A stretch of DNA of 14,898 nt, from NCBI GenBank assembly GCA_963977445.1, contig CAXBPH010000174.1, positions 1 to 14,898 on the forward strand. The letters run 5' to 3'. A program made the translations under genes and the position numbers. Source of the stretch: an uncultured bacterium. Lineage in GTDB: Bacteria > Hydrogenedentota > Hydrogenedentia > Hydrogenedentales > JAEUWI01. Positions 7,753 to 14,898 of this stretch are shown piece after piece; positions within the stretch are counted from its first letter, which is position 1; each line of letters starts with the position of its first letter. Under the pieces are notes generated by a model. It was not told the DNA's origin, did no database searches, and saw only the letters and a list, made by a program, of their open reading frames with translations.

Positions 7753-8012
7753 GTGGACGGGACGTCAGGGACGTACGCCCCCCTCCACGGCCCTCCCAGC
7801 GCCCTGGACGGAGGTGCGCGAAAAGGTATGGGCAGGCGCTTCGGCGGCACGTCGCGTTGCGCTTATGGGGAATTGTGCTAAATCGCTCATTGAGGGTGCC
7901 CTTCAACTTCGTCACCTGGTGTGCCGGTCGACGTTGAGTCTGGGCAGGTTTGTGTTCCATGTACTCCATCCGGTGGAGATTTCTATCATATTTTTGGGCA
8001 AAATGAAAAAAC

Positions 8013-8041
8013 TTGCAATATCTCGTACTTCGGGATATGAT
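8013..8041 (+). promoter_or_regulatory. sigma70-type promoter with an overlapping imperfect palindrome
   Basis: TTGCAA (8013-8018), 17 nt, TATGAT (8036-8041), preceded by an A-tract. ATATCTCG-N5-CGGGATAT spans the spacer. Confidence 0.6.
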
Positions 8042-8089
8042 TTCCCTTGGATCTAAATCGATTAAACCTATCAAAGTTGGGACTTAAGG

Positions 8090-8668
8090 ATGGAATCGAA
8101 GCAGTCTTTCAGTACCTCAGAGGTTGCAAAATATTGTCACGTAACCGCTGACACCATTCGGAAGTGGGCGGAAGCGGGTCGTATTCACGTTTTTAAGACG
8201 CCCGGTGGTCATCGACGAATTCGTCGGGACGACTTAGTCCGCTTTCTGCGGGAAAACAAGATACCCATTCACGAAGATTTGGATAATGCCGGTATTCGGG
8301 TACTTGTGGTGGACGACGAAAAGGCGGTGGTTTCGGTGATTCGTCGCTTTCTGGAACGATCGAGAACATCTTTCCAGATTGAAGTTGGGGCAGATGGGTT
8401 TGAGGCAGGGCACCACATGGCGACTTTCAGGCCCAATGTGGTGTTTTTGGATCTGCGCCTGCCGGGTATGGATGGTTTCGAAGTTTGCCGTCGGATTAAG
8501 TCGGACCCGGAAACCAGCAATTGCCAGATAATCGCTATGACGGGATACTACGAAGGCGATGTGGCCCAGCGTATCGTCGATATGGGGGCGGCCTTGCTGA
8601 TGCAGAAGCCCTTCACTCCGGATGATCTGCGTCGTGCCCTTGCCAAAGTCGGTGTGGAAGTGAACTAG
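8090..8668 (+). CDS. Response regulator with N-terminal excisionase/MerR-like HTH (HTH_17) and C-terminal REC domain
   Basis: FSTSEVAKYCHVTADTIRKWAEAGRI..KTPGGHRRI, followed by VLVVDDE..FLDLRLPGMDG..MTG..QKPF. Confidence 0.92.
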   Translation: MESKQSFSTSEVAKYCHVTADTIRKWAEAGRIHVFKTPGGHRRIRRDDLVRFLRENKIPIHEDLDNAGIRVLVVDDEKAVVSVIRRFLERSRTSFQIEVGADGFEAGHHMATFRPNVVFLDLRLPGMDGFEVCRRIKSDPETSNCQIIAMTGYYEGDVAQRIVDMGAALLMQKPFTPDDLRRALAKVGVEVN

Positions 8669-8717
8669 ACGTCGAAGAGCGTGGTCTTGATTTCCCGCAA
8701 CAGTTGCGGCAACTCGA

Positions 8718-9458
8718 TTAATCTTCGATGGTCGCGGCACTCGCGCGAAGCAATTCCTCGAGCTGATTGGCCAATTGACCATACTTTTCCCGATAATCCA
8801 GGTTGCTCCGCCGTATCACTTCCTTCGCTTCTTCCGCGCCATAGACGTGGGTAATTTCGCAGGCTTTACGCATGGCATCGGGTGCCTGCTTATAGGTGAG
8901 GAAGTAGTGTCGGAGCCGCTCAACCAGCATGGAAGGGCACTGACTGATATCCTGCCAGTAGCCATAGGAGGGGTCGCCTTCGAGGATGGCGATAATCTTG
9001 TCATCCGCTTCATCCCCATCGAGCATGCGGAGACCACCAATGGGGTGAGCGCGCATATAGACATTGACGTGGGCGATATGCTTTTCCGTTAACACGCATA
9101 CATCCAAGGGGTCGCCGTCACCGATGATATCTTCGCGACCGGTCTTCATGCGGCAGTATTCTGCGACCAATTCCCCACAGTAGGTCTGGGGTACGAATCC
9201 GTAGAGCTCCGGACACACGTTTGAAAAACGTTGGGGACGGTCAATCCGCAAGAGCCCCGTGGTCTTGTCCAATTCATACTTCACCGTGTCTGTCGGCAGG
9301 ATTTCGATATAGGCGTTTATGGTATCGGGCGCCTCGGGGCCGATGGAGATACCATGCCATGGATGGGCGCGAAAGAGGCGTGTTGAACCGCCCATAAGTG
9401 CGCCATTGGTGGCAGGGGTGGGCTGCGTATCGCCTTTGTCTGTGTGCTCACTGGACAT
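8718..9458 (-). CDS. ppa: Family I inorganic pyrophosphatase
   Basis: HPWHG, KYELDK.TG.L.IDR, YGFVPQTY, GDGDPLDVCVL, DGDEADDKIIA, YF.TYK. GGAGG RBS upstream. Confidence 0.95.
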   Translation of the reverse strand: MSSEHTDKGDTQPTPATNGALMGGSTRLFRAHPWHGISIGPEAPDTINAYIEILPTDTVKYELDKTTGLLRIDRPQRFSNVCPELYGFVPQTYCGELVAEYCRMKTGREDIIGDGDPLDVCVLTEKHIAHVNVYMRAHPIGGLRMLDGDEADDKIIAILEGDPSYGYWQDISQCPSMLVERLRHYFLTYKQAPDAMRKACEITHVYGAEEAKEVIRRSNLDYREKYGQLANQLEELLRASAATIED

Positions 9459-9485
9459 GTATAGTTCCTCCGCGTTAACTGCGCC

Positions 9486-9494
9486 ATTGTAGCA
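9486..9494 (-). promoter_or_regulatory. Extended -10 promoter element for ppa
   Basis: The minus strand reads TG-C-TACAAT, about 27 nt upstream of the ppa ATG. Confidence 0.45.
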
Positions 9495-9553
9495 CCGTCA
9501 TGGTATGTCGTGCCACCTCCACATCGCTAAAGATGCACGTTATAGTGCGAAAT

Positions 9554-9583
9554 TTGCACTGATCGAAGACCCCATGCTATCTT
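9554..9583 (+). promoter_or_regulatory. Putative promoter for the rfbA operon
   Basis: TTGCAC (9554-9559), 18 nt, TATCTT (9578-9583), with an extended TG at 9575-9576. Confidence 0.35.
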
Positions 9584-9664
9584 TCGATCTGGTCGGGATT
9601 TGTCAATCGTGGCGCACCGAACGTCGTCGAAGCGCGGCGCGGTGCCCTACCAATAGGAAGCGAT

Positions 9665-10528
9665 ATGAAGGGAATTATCCTCGCTGGCGGTGCTGGTACC
9701 CGTCTTCACCCGCTAACCCGGGTTGTAAGTAAACAGTTGCTGCCGATCTACGACAAGCCGATGATCTACTATCCCCTGAGCATCCTCATGCTCTCCGGTA
9801 TCCGGGAGGTCATGCTTATCTCTACCCCCGAGGATCTGCCGAACTTCAAGCGTCTGCTGGGCGACGGCAGCCGGTGGGGGATGAGCCTGTCCTATGCCGA
9901 ACAACCCAGCCCTGACGGATTGGCGCAGGCGTTCATTATCGGTGCCGATTTTATTGGGGAGAGCCCCGTGTGTCTCGTCCTGGGAGACAATATTTTTTAT
10001 GGTCATGGCCTGACGGGCCTTCTTCGTGAATCCGCGAAAATGACCGAGGGTGCCCAGATTTTCGGCTACTATGTAAGTGATCCCCAGCGCTATGGCGTGG
10101 TGGAGTTTGATTCCTCCGGCACGGCCATCAGTCTGGAAGAAAAGCCGACCCAGCCCAAGAGCCATTACGCCGTACCCGGCCTCTATTACTACGGGCCCGA
10201 GGTTGTGCCCATGGCGAGTGCACTGAAGCCGGGAGCCCGGGGTGAATTGGAAATTACCGATTTGAACCGCCTGTTTATGGAGCAAAAGCAGCTTCGGGTG
10301 GAAGTGTTGGGACGGGGTGTCGCCTGGCTCGACACGGGGACAAATCGCAGTCTCATGGAGGCCGGCCAATTCGTACAGGCCATTGAAGAGCGACAGGGGC
10401 TCAAGATTTCCTGTCTGGAAGAGATTGCCTGGAAACAAGGCTGGATAGGTCCGGAAGATGTCCAAAGAGAGGCCGATTCCATGGGAAAGAGCGCCTATGC
10501 TGAATACTTGCGTCAACTGTTGGCCTGA
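9665..10528 (+). CDS. rfbA: Glucose-1-phosphate thymidylyltransferase (RmlA/RfbA)
   Basis: [79 protein letters not shown]. Confidence 0.97.
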   Translation: MKGIILAGGAGTRLHPLTRVVSKQLLPIYDKPMIYYPLSILMLSGIREVMLISTPEDLPNFKRLLGDGSRWGMSLSYAEQPSPDGLAQAFIIGADFIGESPVCLVLGDNIFYGHGLTGLLRESAKMTEGAQIFGYYVSDPQRYGVVEFDSSGTAISLEEKPTQPKSHYAVPGLYYYGPEVVPMASALKPGARGELEITDLNRLFMEQKQLRVEVLGRGVAWLDTGTNRSLMEAGQFVQAIEERQGLKISCLEEIAWKQGWIGPEDVQREADSMGKSAYAEYLRQLLA

Positions 10529-10554
10529 CGGCCCCCTATAGCGCCACGGCTCTC

Positions 10555-12372
10555 ATGAATATACTCGGTATCTCCGCATACTACCACGACAGCGCCGCGT
10601 GTCTGGTTCAAGATGGGCGCATTGTGTCGGCCGCCCAGGAAGAGCGCTTTACCCGGATCAAGCACGATTCAGCTTTTCCTGAGCATGCGGTGGCCTGGTG
10701 TCTGGCGGATGCCGGACTGACCACGGCCGACATCGATCTGGTGGCATTCTACGATAAGCCCTTCCTCAAATTTGAGCGTATATTGCAAACCCATCTGGCC
10801 TATGCGCCCCGGGGAATTCGCTCCTTTATCAAGGCTATTCCTGTCTGGCTCAAAGACAAAATATGGCTGAAGGACCACATCGCCGAGAATCTCGACTACG
10901 ACGGCACGATCCTTTTTCCCGAGCACCATGAATCCCACGCGGCCTCCGCATTTTATCCGTCGCCCTTTGACCGGGCCGCCTTCCTGACCATTGACGGCGT
11001 GGGAGAGTGGGCGACGACGAGCTACGGCGTTGGCGATACGAATCGTCTCCAGATGCACGGCGAAATCCATTTTCCCCATTCGCTGGGACTTCTCTACTCG
11101 GCCTTCACCTACTACACCGGCTTCAAGGTAAACTCGGGCGAGTACAAGGTCATGGGCCTGGCCCCCTACGGAGAGCCCACCTATGTAAAAACCATACTCG
11201 ACGAACTCATCGATCTGAAAGAGGACGGCTCTTTTCAGATGAACATGAAATATTTTAATTATTGTGCCGGTCTGACCATGACTAACCGTCACTTTGACAC
11301 CCTCTTTGGTGGCCCACCGCGAAAGGCGGAGTCCCAATTGACCCAACGGGAAATGGATTTAGCCCGTTCCGTGCAAGAGGTGACCGAGGAGGCCATGTTG
11401 CGGATGGGCCGTCATGTGCACCGCGAGACGGGAAGCAACAATCTCTGTCTCGCCGGGGGCGTGGCCCTTAATTGTGTGGCCAACGGACGCCTCCTCCGCG
11501 AAGGTCCCTTTGACAAACTCTGGATCCAGCCCGCCGCTGGGGATGCGGGCGGGGCCTTGGGTGCCGCCCTCTATGCCTGGCATCAATACCGCGACGAACC
11601 GCGCGTGGCCAACGGTGTGACGGACTCCCAGCGAGGCTCTTATCTCGGGCCCCACTATTCTGGAGAGACCATACGGGCCTTCCTCGACGCAGCGGGGTAT
11701 CCCTATACCCAGCTGGGCGAAGCGGAACTTGCCGATACCGTCGCCGGCCATCTGGCGCAGGAAAACGTCATTGGCTGGTTTCAGGGGGCCATGGAATTTG
11801 GCCCGAGGGCCCTGGGCGGCCGTTCCATACTTGGCGACCCGCGCTCGCCTAAAATGCAGGAAACCATGAACCTGAAAATTAAGTTTCGGGAAAGTTTTCG
11901 GCCCTTTGCCCCCTCGGTTCTTGCGGAGGATGTGTCGGACTACTTCGAGCAGGATGTGGAAAGTCCCTACATGCTGCTGGTGGCCCCCGTGAAAGAATCC
12001 CTTCGCCGGGACATGACCGAAGAAGAGCGGGCGCTCTTTGGGATTGAAAAACTCAACATCAGTCGCTCCACCATTCCCGCCATTACCCATGTGGACTATT
12101 CGGCGCGTATTCAAACAGTCCATCAGGAAACGAATCCCCAATATTACCGGCTGCTTCAGGCCTTCAAGGCGCAAACGGGGTGCTCGGTTTTGATAAACAC
12201 GTCCTTCAATGTTCGGGGGGAGCCCATCGTCTGTACCCCGGAAGATGCCTACCGCTGTTTCATGCGGACCGATATGGATTACCTCGTCCTGGAGGATTGT
12301 GTGTTAGCCAAATCGGCGCAGCCCGCCCTCGAAGGAGACACGGACTGGAAGCAGGAATTCGAACTGGATTGA
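10555..12372 (+). CDS. O-carbamoyltransferase, CmcH/NodU/TobZ (SxtI-like) family
   Basis: ILGISAYYHDSAA, AQEERFTRIKHD, EHHESHAASAF, IDGVGE, GEYKVMGLAPYG, LAGGVALNC, EFGPRALGGRSIL, KFRESFRPFAP, INTSFNVRGEPIV. Confidence 0.96.
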   Translation: MNILGISAYYHDSAACLVQDGRIVSAAQEERFTRIKHDSAFPEHAVAWCLADAGLTTADIDLVAFYDKPFLKFERILQTHLAYAPRGIRSFIKAIPVWLKDKIWLKDHIAENLDYDGTILFPEHHESHAASAFYPSPFDRAAFLTIDGVGEWATTSYGVGDTNRLQMHGEIHFPHSLGLLYSAFTYYTGFKVNSGEYKVMGLAPYGEPTYVKTILDELIDLKEDGSFQMNMKYFNYCAGLTMTNRHFDTLFGGPPRKAESQLTQREMDLARSVQEVTEEAMLRMGRHVHRETGSNNLCLAGGVALNCVANGRLLREGPFDKLWIQPAAGDAGGALGAALYAWHQYRDEPRVANGVTDSQRGSYLGPHYSGETIRAFLDAAGYPYTQLGEAELADTVAGHLAQENVIGWFQGAMEFGPRALGGRSILGDPRSPKMQETMNLKIKFRESFRPFAPSVLAEDVSDYFEQDVESPYMLLVAPVKESLRRDMTEEERALFGIEKLNISRSTIPAITHVDYSARIQTVHQETNPQYYRLLQAFKAQTGCSVLINTSFNVRGEPIVCTPEDAYRCFMRTDMDYLVLEDCVLAKSAQPALEGDTDWKQEFELD

Positions 12373-12376
12373 GCCC

Positions 12377-12814
12377 ATGATTCTGGAAGAACTGAAAACT
12401 ATCAAGAGCGGTCGCCATGAGCGACACCAGTTTGGCGTGGTTATGGCCATTGCTGCCTTTATCATCGGCGGCATATTGTGGTGGCGAAAGGACCTCTATT
12501 CCGGCATCTTCATCGCCGGGATTGTCTGTGTTGCCCCCGTTGTCTTTGACAAAATCTGCAAGACCGATGTTTCCATTGTGCTCTTGCCCTTTCAGAAAGT
12601 GTGGATGTCCATCGCCGTGGTCATGGGTACCATCGTATCCACCCTGTTCCTGTCCCTGTTTTTCTATGTGGTCTTTACGTCCATTCGTTTTGCGAACAGA
12701 TTTCTTGGAAAACCACTGCTCGAAAACGGTTGGGCACCGGAAAGCAAGGACAGCTACTGGATACGACGGGAAGGGGAGACCTATGATCCCCAACGGAGCG
12801 AAAAGCAGTATTGA
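12377..12814 (+). CDS. SxtJ family membrane protein
   Basis: Starts 4 nt after the carbamoyltransferase. Pattern FG..3 TM helices..P..K.WM.IA..MG.I.S...L...FY.VFT, ending SYWIRR..EKQY. Confidence 0.82.
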   Translation: MILEELKTIKSGRHERHQFGVVMAIAAFIIGGILWWRKDLYSGIFIAGIVCVAPVVFDKICKTDVSIVLLPFQKVWMSIAVVMGTIVSTLFLSLFFYVVFTSIRFANRFLGKPLLENGWAPESKDSYWIRREGETYDPQRSEKQY

Positions 12815-12949
12815 CGCACAGGCATAACGTACATGCCCTCGCGTAACCGCCCTTGCCCAGCTTCTCCAAATCTTCCACTGGCTCCCATGCCCCATGGTGG
12901 TTTATACTGCAAAGCGAAACGTGTGACTCTAAACGCAGGATAAACACCA

Positions 12950-13108
12950 ATGGCAAAATCGTCCATACTCCGCGAACTCTGGGATTTCGCCCGGGTGCGC
13001 AAAAAGTGGTGGCTCGGCCCCATCATCCTTTTTCTAGTCCTCTTTGGCGCGCTCATTGTGATCGCCAAGGGCTCCGCAGTAGCACCCTTTATTTATACCT
13101 TGTTCTAA
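12950..13108 (+). CDS. DUF5989 family (SxtK-like) small membrane protein, 52 aa, absent from the ORF track
   Basis: Translated by hand: MAKSSILRELWDFARVRKKWWLGPIILFLVLFGALIVIAKGSAVAPFIYTLF*. It has the RKKWWL.P and APFIYTLF signatures, with an AGGA RBS upstream. Confidence 0.92.
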   Translation: MAKSSILRELWDFARVRKKWWLGPIILFLVLFGALIVIAKGSAVAPFIYTLF

Positions 13109-13140
13109 TCGGCAGGCTTGGGGCGAGATAAGGTGGGGAT

Positions 13141-14418
13141 ATGACGCTCGAACAATTCTTACGTCGTAAAGACTTCGTCGTTGTCCCAAGTTTGCACCGA
13201 TTCTTTGTGTATCTGGTTGCCTTTCGGGTGATGCCCCTCGGGTGGCTTGTGGTGGGGGGCTGGCTGGCCACCACCTTCATGAGCGTCAGTGGCGTAGATC
13301 GACCGGTTTTTATTGCTGTTTGTGCGTGGACGGCCCCGGGTGTTATTGCCTTCCTCCTCGGCTGGGCGATTCGACCCCGCGTGACGGTGAAGGCCGATTT
13401 TCCAACCCGTGGTGCCGTGGACCAGCGGCTGAGCGTTCGGTGCGGTCTACAGAATACGTCGGTCCGTCCCCAGTTTTCTGTGGCGGCTGGTATGTTTCTC
13501 CTTCCGCTGGAGTTGGAGCGCGAGCGCAACGGTGCGGTTGTCGACGCAATCCCACCGGGCGAGACGGCCTTCAGCACGATCGACATTATCCCCCGACGGC
13601 GTGGCTACTATCGGATGCCCGGCCCCGTTGCCTATTCCACCTTTCCACTGAATTTTTACCGGACGCCTGCCGGAAAGGCCGATACGTGGCCCCTGCTGGT
13701 CCTGCCCACTTTTCACCCGATTCATCAGATCGATGTCCCCATTGGTACCCGCTATCAGCCCGGTGGCGTCGCCCTGACCTCGCACATCGGCGAGTCACCG
13801 GAATATATTGGCAACCGCGAATATGTGCCCGGCGATCCGATACGCCATATCGACTTTCGGGCCTGGGCACGCCTTTCCAAGCCGGCAGTCCGGGAATATC
13901 AGGAAGAGTACTATTGCCGCATTGCGCTGGTGCTCGATACCTTTACGGGAAAAGTGAATCCCCCTGCACCCGCCGGTTTTCCAGATTTCGAAGCGGCGGT
14001 TAGTCTGACGGCCGCCGTCGCCGACGCCTTGTCACGGGGGGAGTACCTGATAGACCTCTTTGCGGCGGGGCCCGAGCTCCACGTCTTTCGCGCCGGACGT
14101 CACACGGCCCATTTCGACAATGTATTGGAAATACTCGCCGGTGTCGGCCACACCGTGGATAATCCCTTTGAGCGTCTTGCCCCGGCACTCATGGAAGCGT
14201 TGAACAATATTTCCACCGTGGTCTGCCTCTTTCTGGATTGGGATAAGACCCGGGAGCATGTCGTTCGGGCGGCGGCAGAGGCGGGGTGCAGCCTGAAGGT
14301 GATTGTCGTGCGGGACGGGAATACGACAGTGCCCCTCGATAGTGCCTATGCCTGGACACCCCACGTGCAGCAAGTTTCCATTGCTGCGGTACGCGATGGT
14401 GGCGTGGATACCCTGTGA
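13141..14418 (+). CDS. DUF58 domain-containing protein (MoxR-associated, vWA-like)
   Basis: Two N-terminal TM helices, P.RRG.Y, G.S.EY.G.REY.PGD.IRHID.RAWAR, VREY.EE, LVLD, FEAAVSL.A. Confidence 0.9.
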   Translation: MTLEQFLRRKDFVVVPSLHRFFVYLVAFRVMPLGWLVVGGWLATTFMSVSGVDRPVFIAVCAWTAPGVIAFLLGWAIRPRVTVKADFPTRGAVDQRLSVRCGLQNTSVRPQFSVAAGMFLLPLELERERNGAVVDAIPPGETAFSTIDIIPRRRGYYRMPGPVAYSTFPLNFYRTPAGKADTWPLLVLPTFHPIHQIDVPIGTRYQPGGVALTSHIGESPEYIGNREYVPGDPIRHIDFRAWARLSKPAVREYQEEYYCRIALVLDTFTGKVNPPAPAGFPDFEAAVSLTAAVADALSRGEYLIDLFAAGPELHVFRAGRHTAHFDNVLEILAGVGHTVDNPFERLAPALMEALNNISTVVCLFLDWDKTREHVVRAAAEAGCSLKVIVVRDGNTTVPLDSAYAWTPHVQQVSIAAVRDGGVDTL

Positions 14419-14898
14419 TGACGGTTCGAATCATAGGGTTGATCATGTTGGTCGTCGAAGTGGGGCTGCTTCAGTTGACCATGGGCTACCCCATCGTGGC
14501 AGGCCTTGCGGTGCTTTTCGCCCTGCCTGGTTTTGTGCCACGGCTTCAGTTAGATTGGGGCTATCGGAAGAAATACCTGAGCGCCATCGCTATTGGGGCG
14601 TTGTATCTCGGATGGTGGTGGGTCGATCTGCAATACCGGGAGCCATCCCTATCCGCCCAGTTTGGCAACAACCTTTCCGTGGCCTTTGCCTTAGCGCTCA
14701 TGATGATGCAGGCCCTTCAGTTTTATTGGCGGGATTCTCGGGGATTGCCGGGAATCTATCCTTTTCTCGGGATTCTGGCCCTGGGCTTCGCGGCAGACCT
14801 TTACTTCAACAGCAAAATCGGCTATGCCCGGGTCGTTGTTGTAATAATGGCCTTTGGACTGCTAGTCGGGCTTTTCTATGCAGCGCACCACCGAGCAG
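14418..14898 (+). CDS. Polytopic membrane protein, runs off the window end; probably the N-terminus of a DUF3488/transglutaminase (TgpA-like) protein
   Basis: ATG overlaps the DUF58 stop (TGATG). The frame is open for 160 codons (MTVRIIGLIMLVVEVGLLQL...GLLVGLFYAAHHRA) with several hydrophobic helices. The product is guessed only from the usual DUF58 gene context. Confidence 0.6.
   Translation, partial: MTVRIIGLIMLVVEVGLLQLTMGYPIVAGLAVLFALPGFVPRLQLDWGYRKKYLSAIAIGALYLGWWWVDLQYREPSLSAQFGNNLSVAFALALMMMQALQFYWRDSRGLPGIYPFLGILALGFAADLYFNSKIGYARVVVVIMAFGLLVGLFYAAHHRA

Noticed and set aside
8695..8709. Hairpin CCGCAA-CAG-TTGCGG between the convergent HTH-REC and ppa genes as a terminator
   Set aside because: The stem is short and no U-tract follows it on either strand.
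10555..13108. Saxitoxin biosynthesis cluster
   Set aside because: Only sxtI/J/K-like genes are present. No sxtA, sxtG or other core genes appear in the window, and the trio is widespread in non-producers.
9713..14003. Long antisense or alternate-frame ORFs (9713..10516, 10669..11346, 11359..12174, 12260..12895, 13242..14003)
   Set aside because: They are shadows of well-supported genes in GC-rich coding DNA.
1..14898. CRISPR array, tRNA, rRNA, integrase or transposase
   Set aside because: I saw no regularly spaced repeats, RNA-gene signatures or recombinase motifs. The excisionase-like HTH at 8090 is fused to REC and is a regulator.

Overview
Bacterial window, probably Candidatus Hydrogenedentes or a related lineage (inferred from the DUF1559 pilin-like subtype). 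From left to right it holds a 158-bp MITE with perfect 15-bp TIRs and a TTCG target duplication, a DUF1559 prepilin-type gene with its own promoter and terminator, and an orphan membrane-anchored protein. A signalling cluster follows: a PAS histidine kinase, a phosphorylatable REC + KaiA-like protein (KaiA3-type), kaiB, a 77-aa ORF, a REC-PAS-HK-REC hybrid kinase and an HTH_17-REC regulator. The 77-aa ORF looks like an in-frame, internally deleted kaiC that keeps a CII segment and the C-terminal KaiA-binding tail. The right part carries ppa divergent from rfbA, then a carbamoyltransferase with sxtJ-like and sxtK/DUF5989-like genes, a DUF58 gene and a truncated membrane protein. The most notable element is the kaiA3-kaiB-'mini-kaiC' module between two histidine kinases. 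All family calls come from motif recognition by eye, not from database searches.
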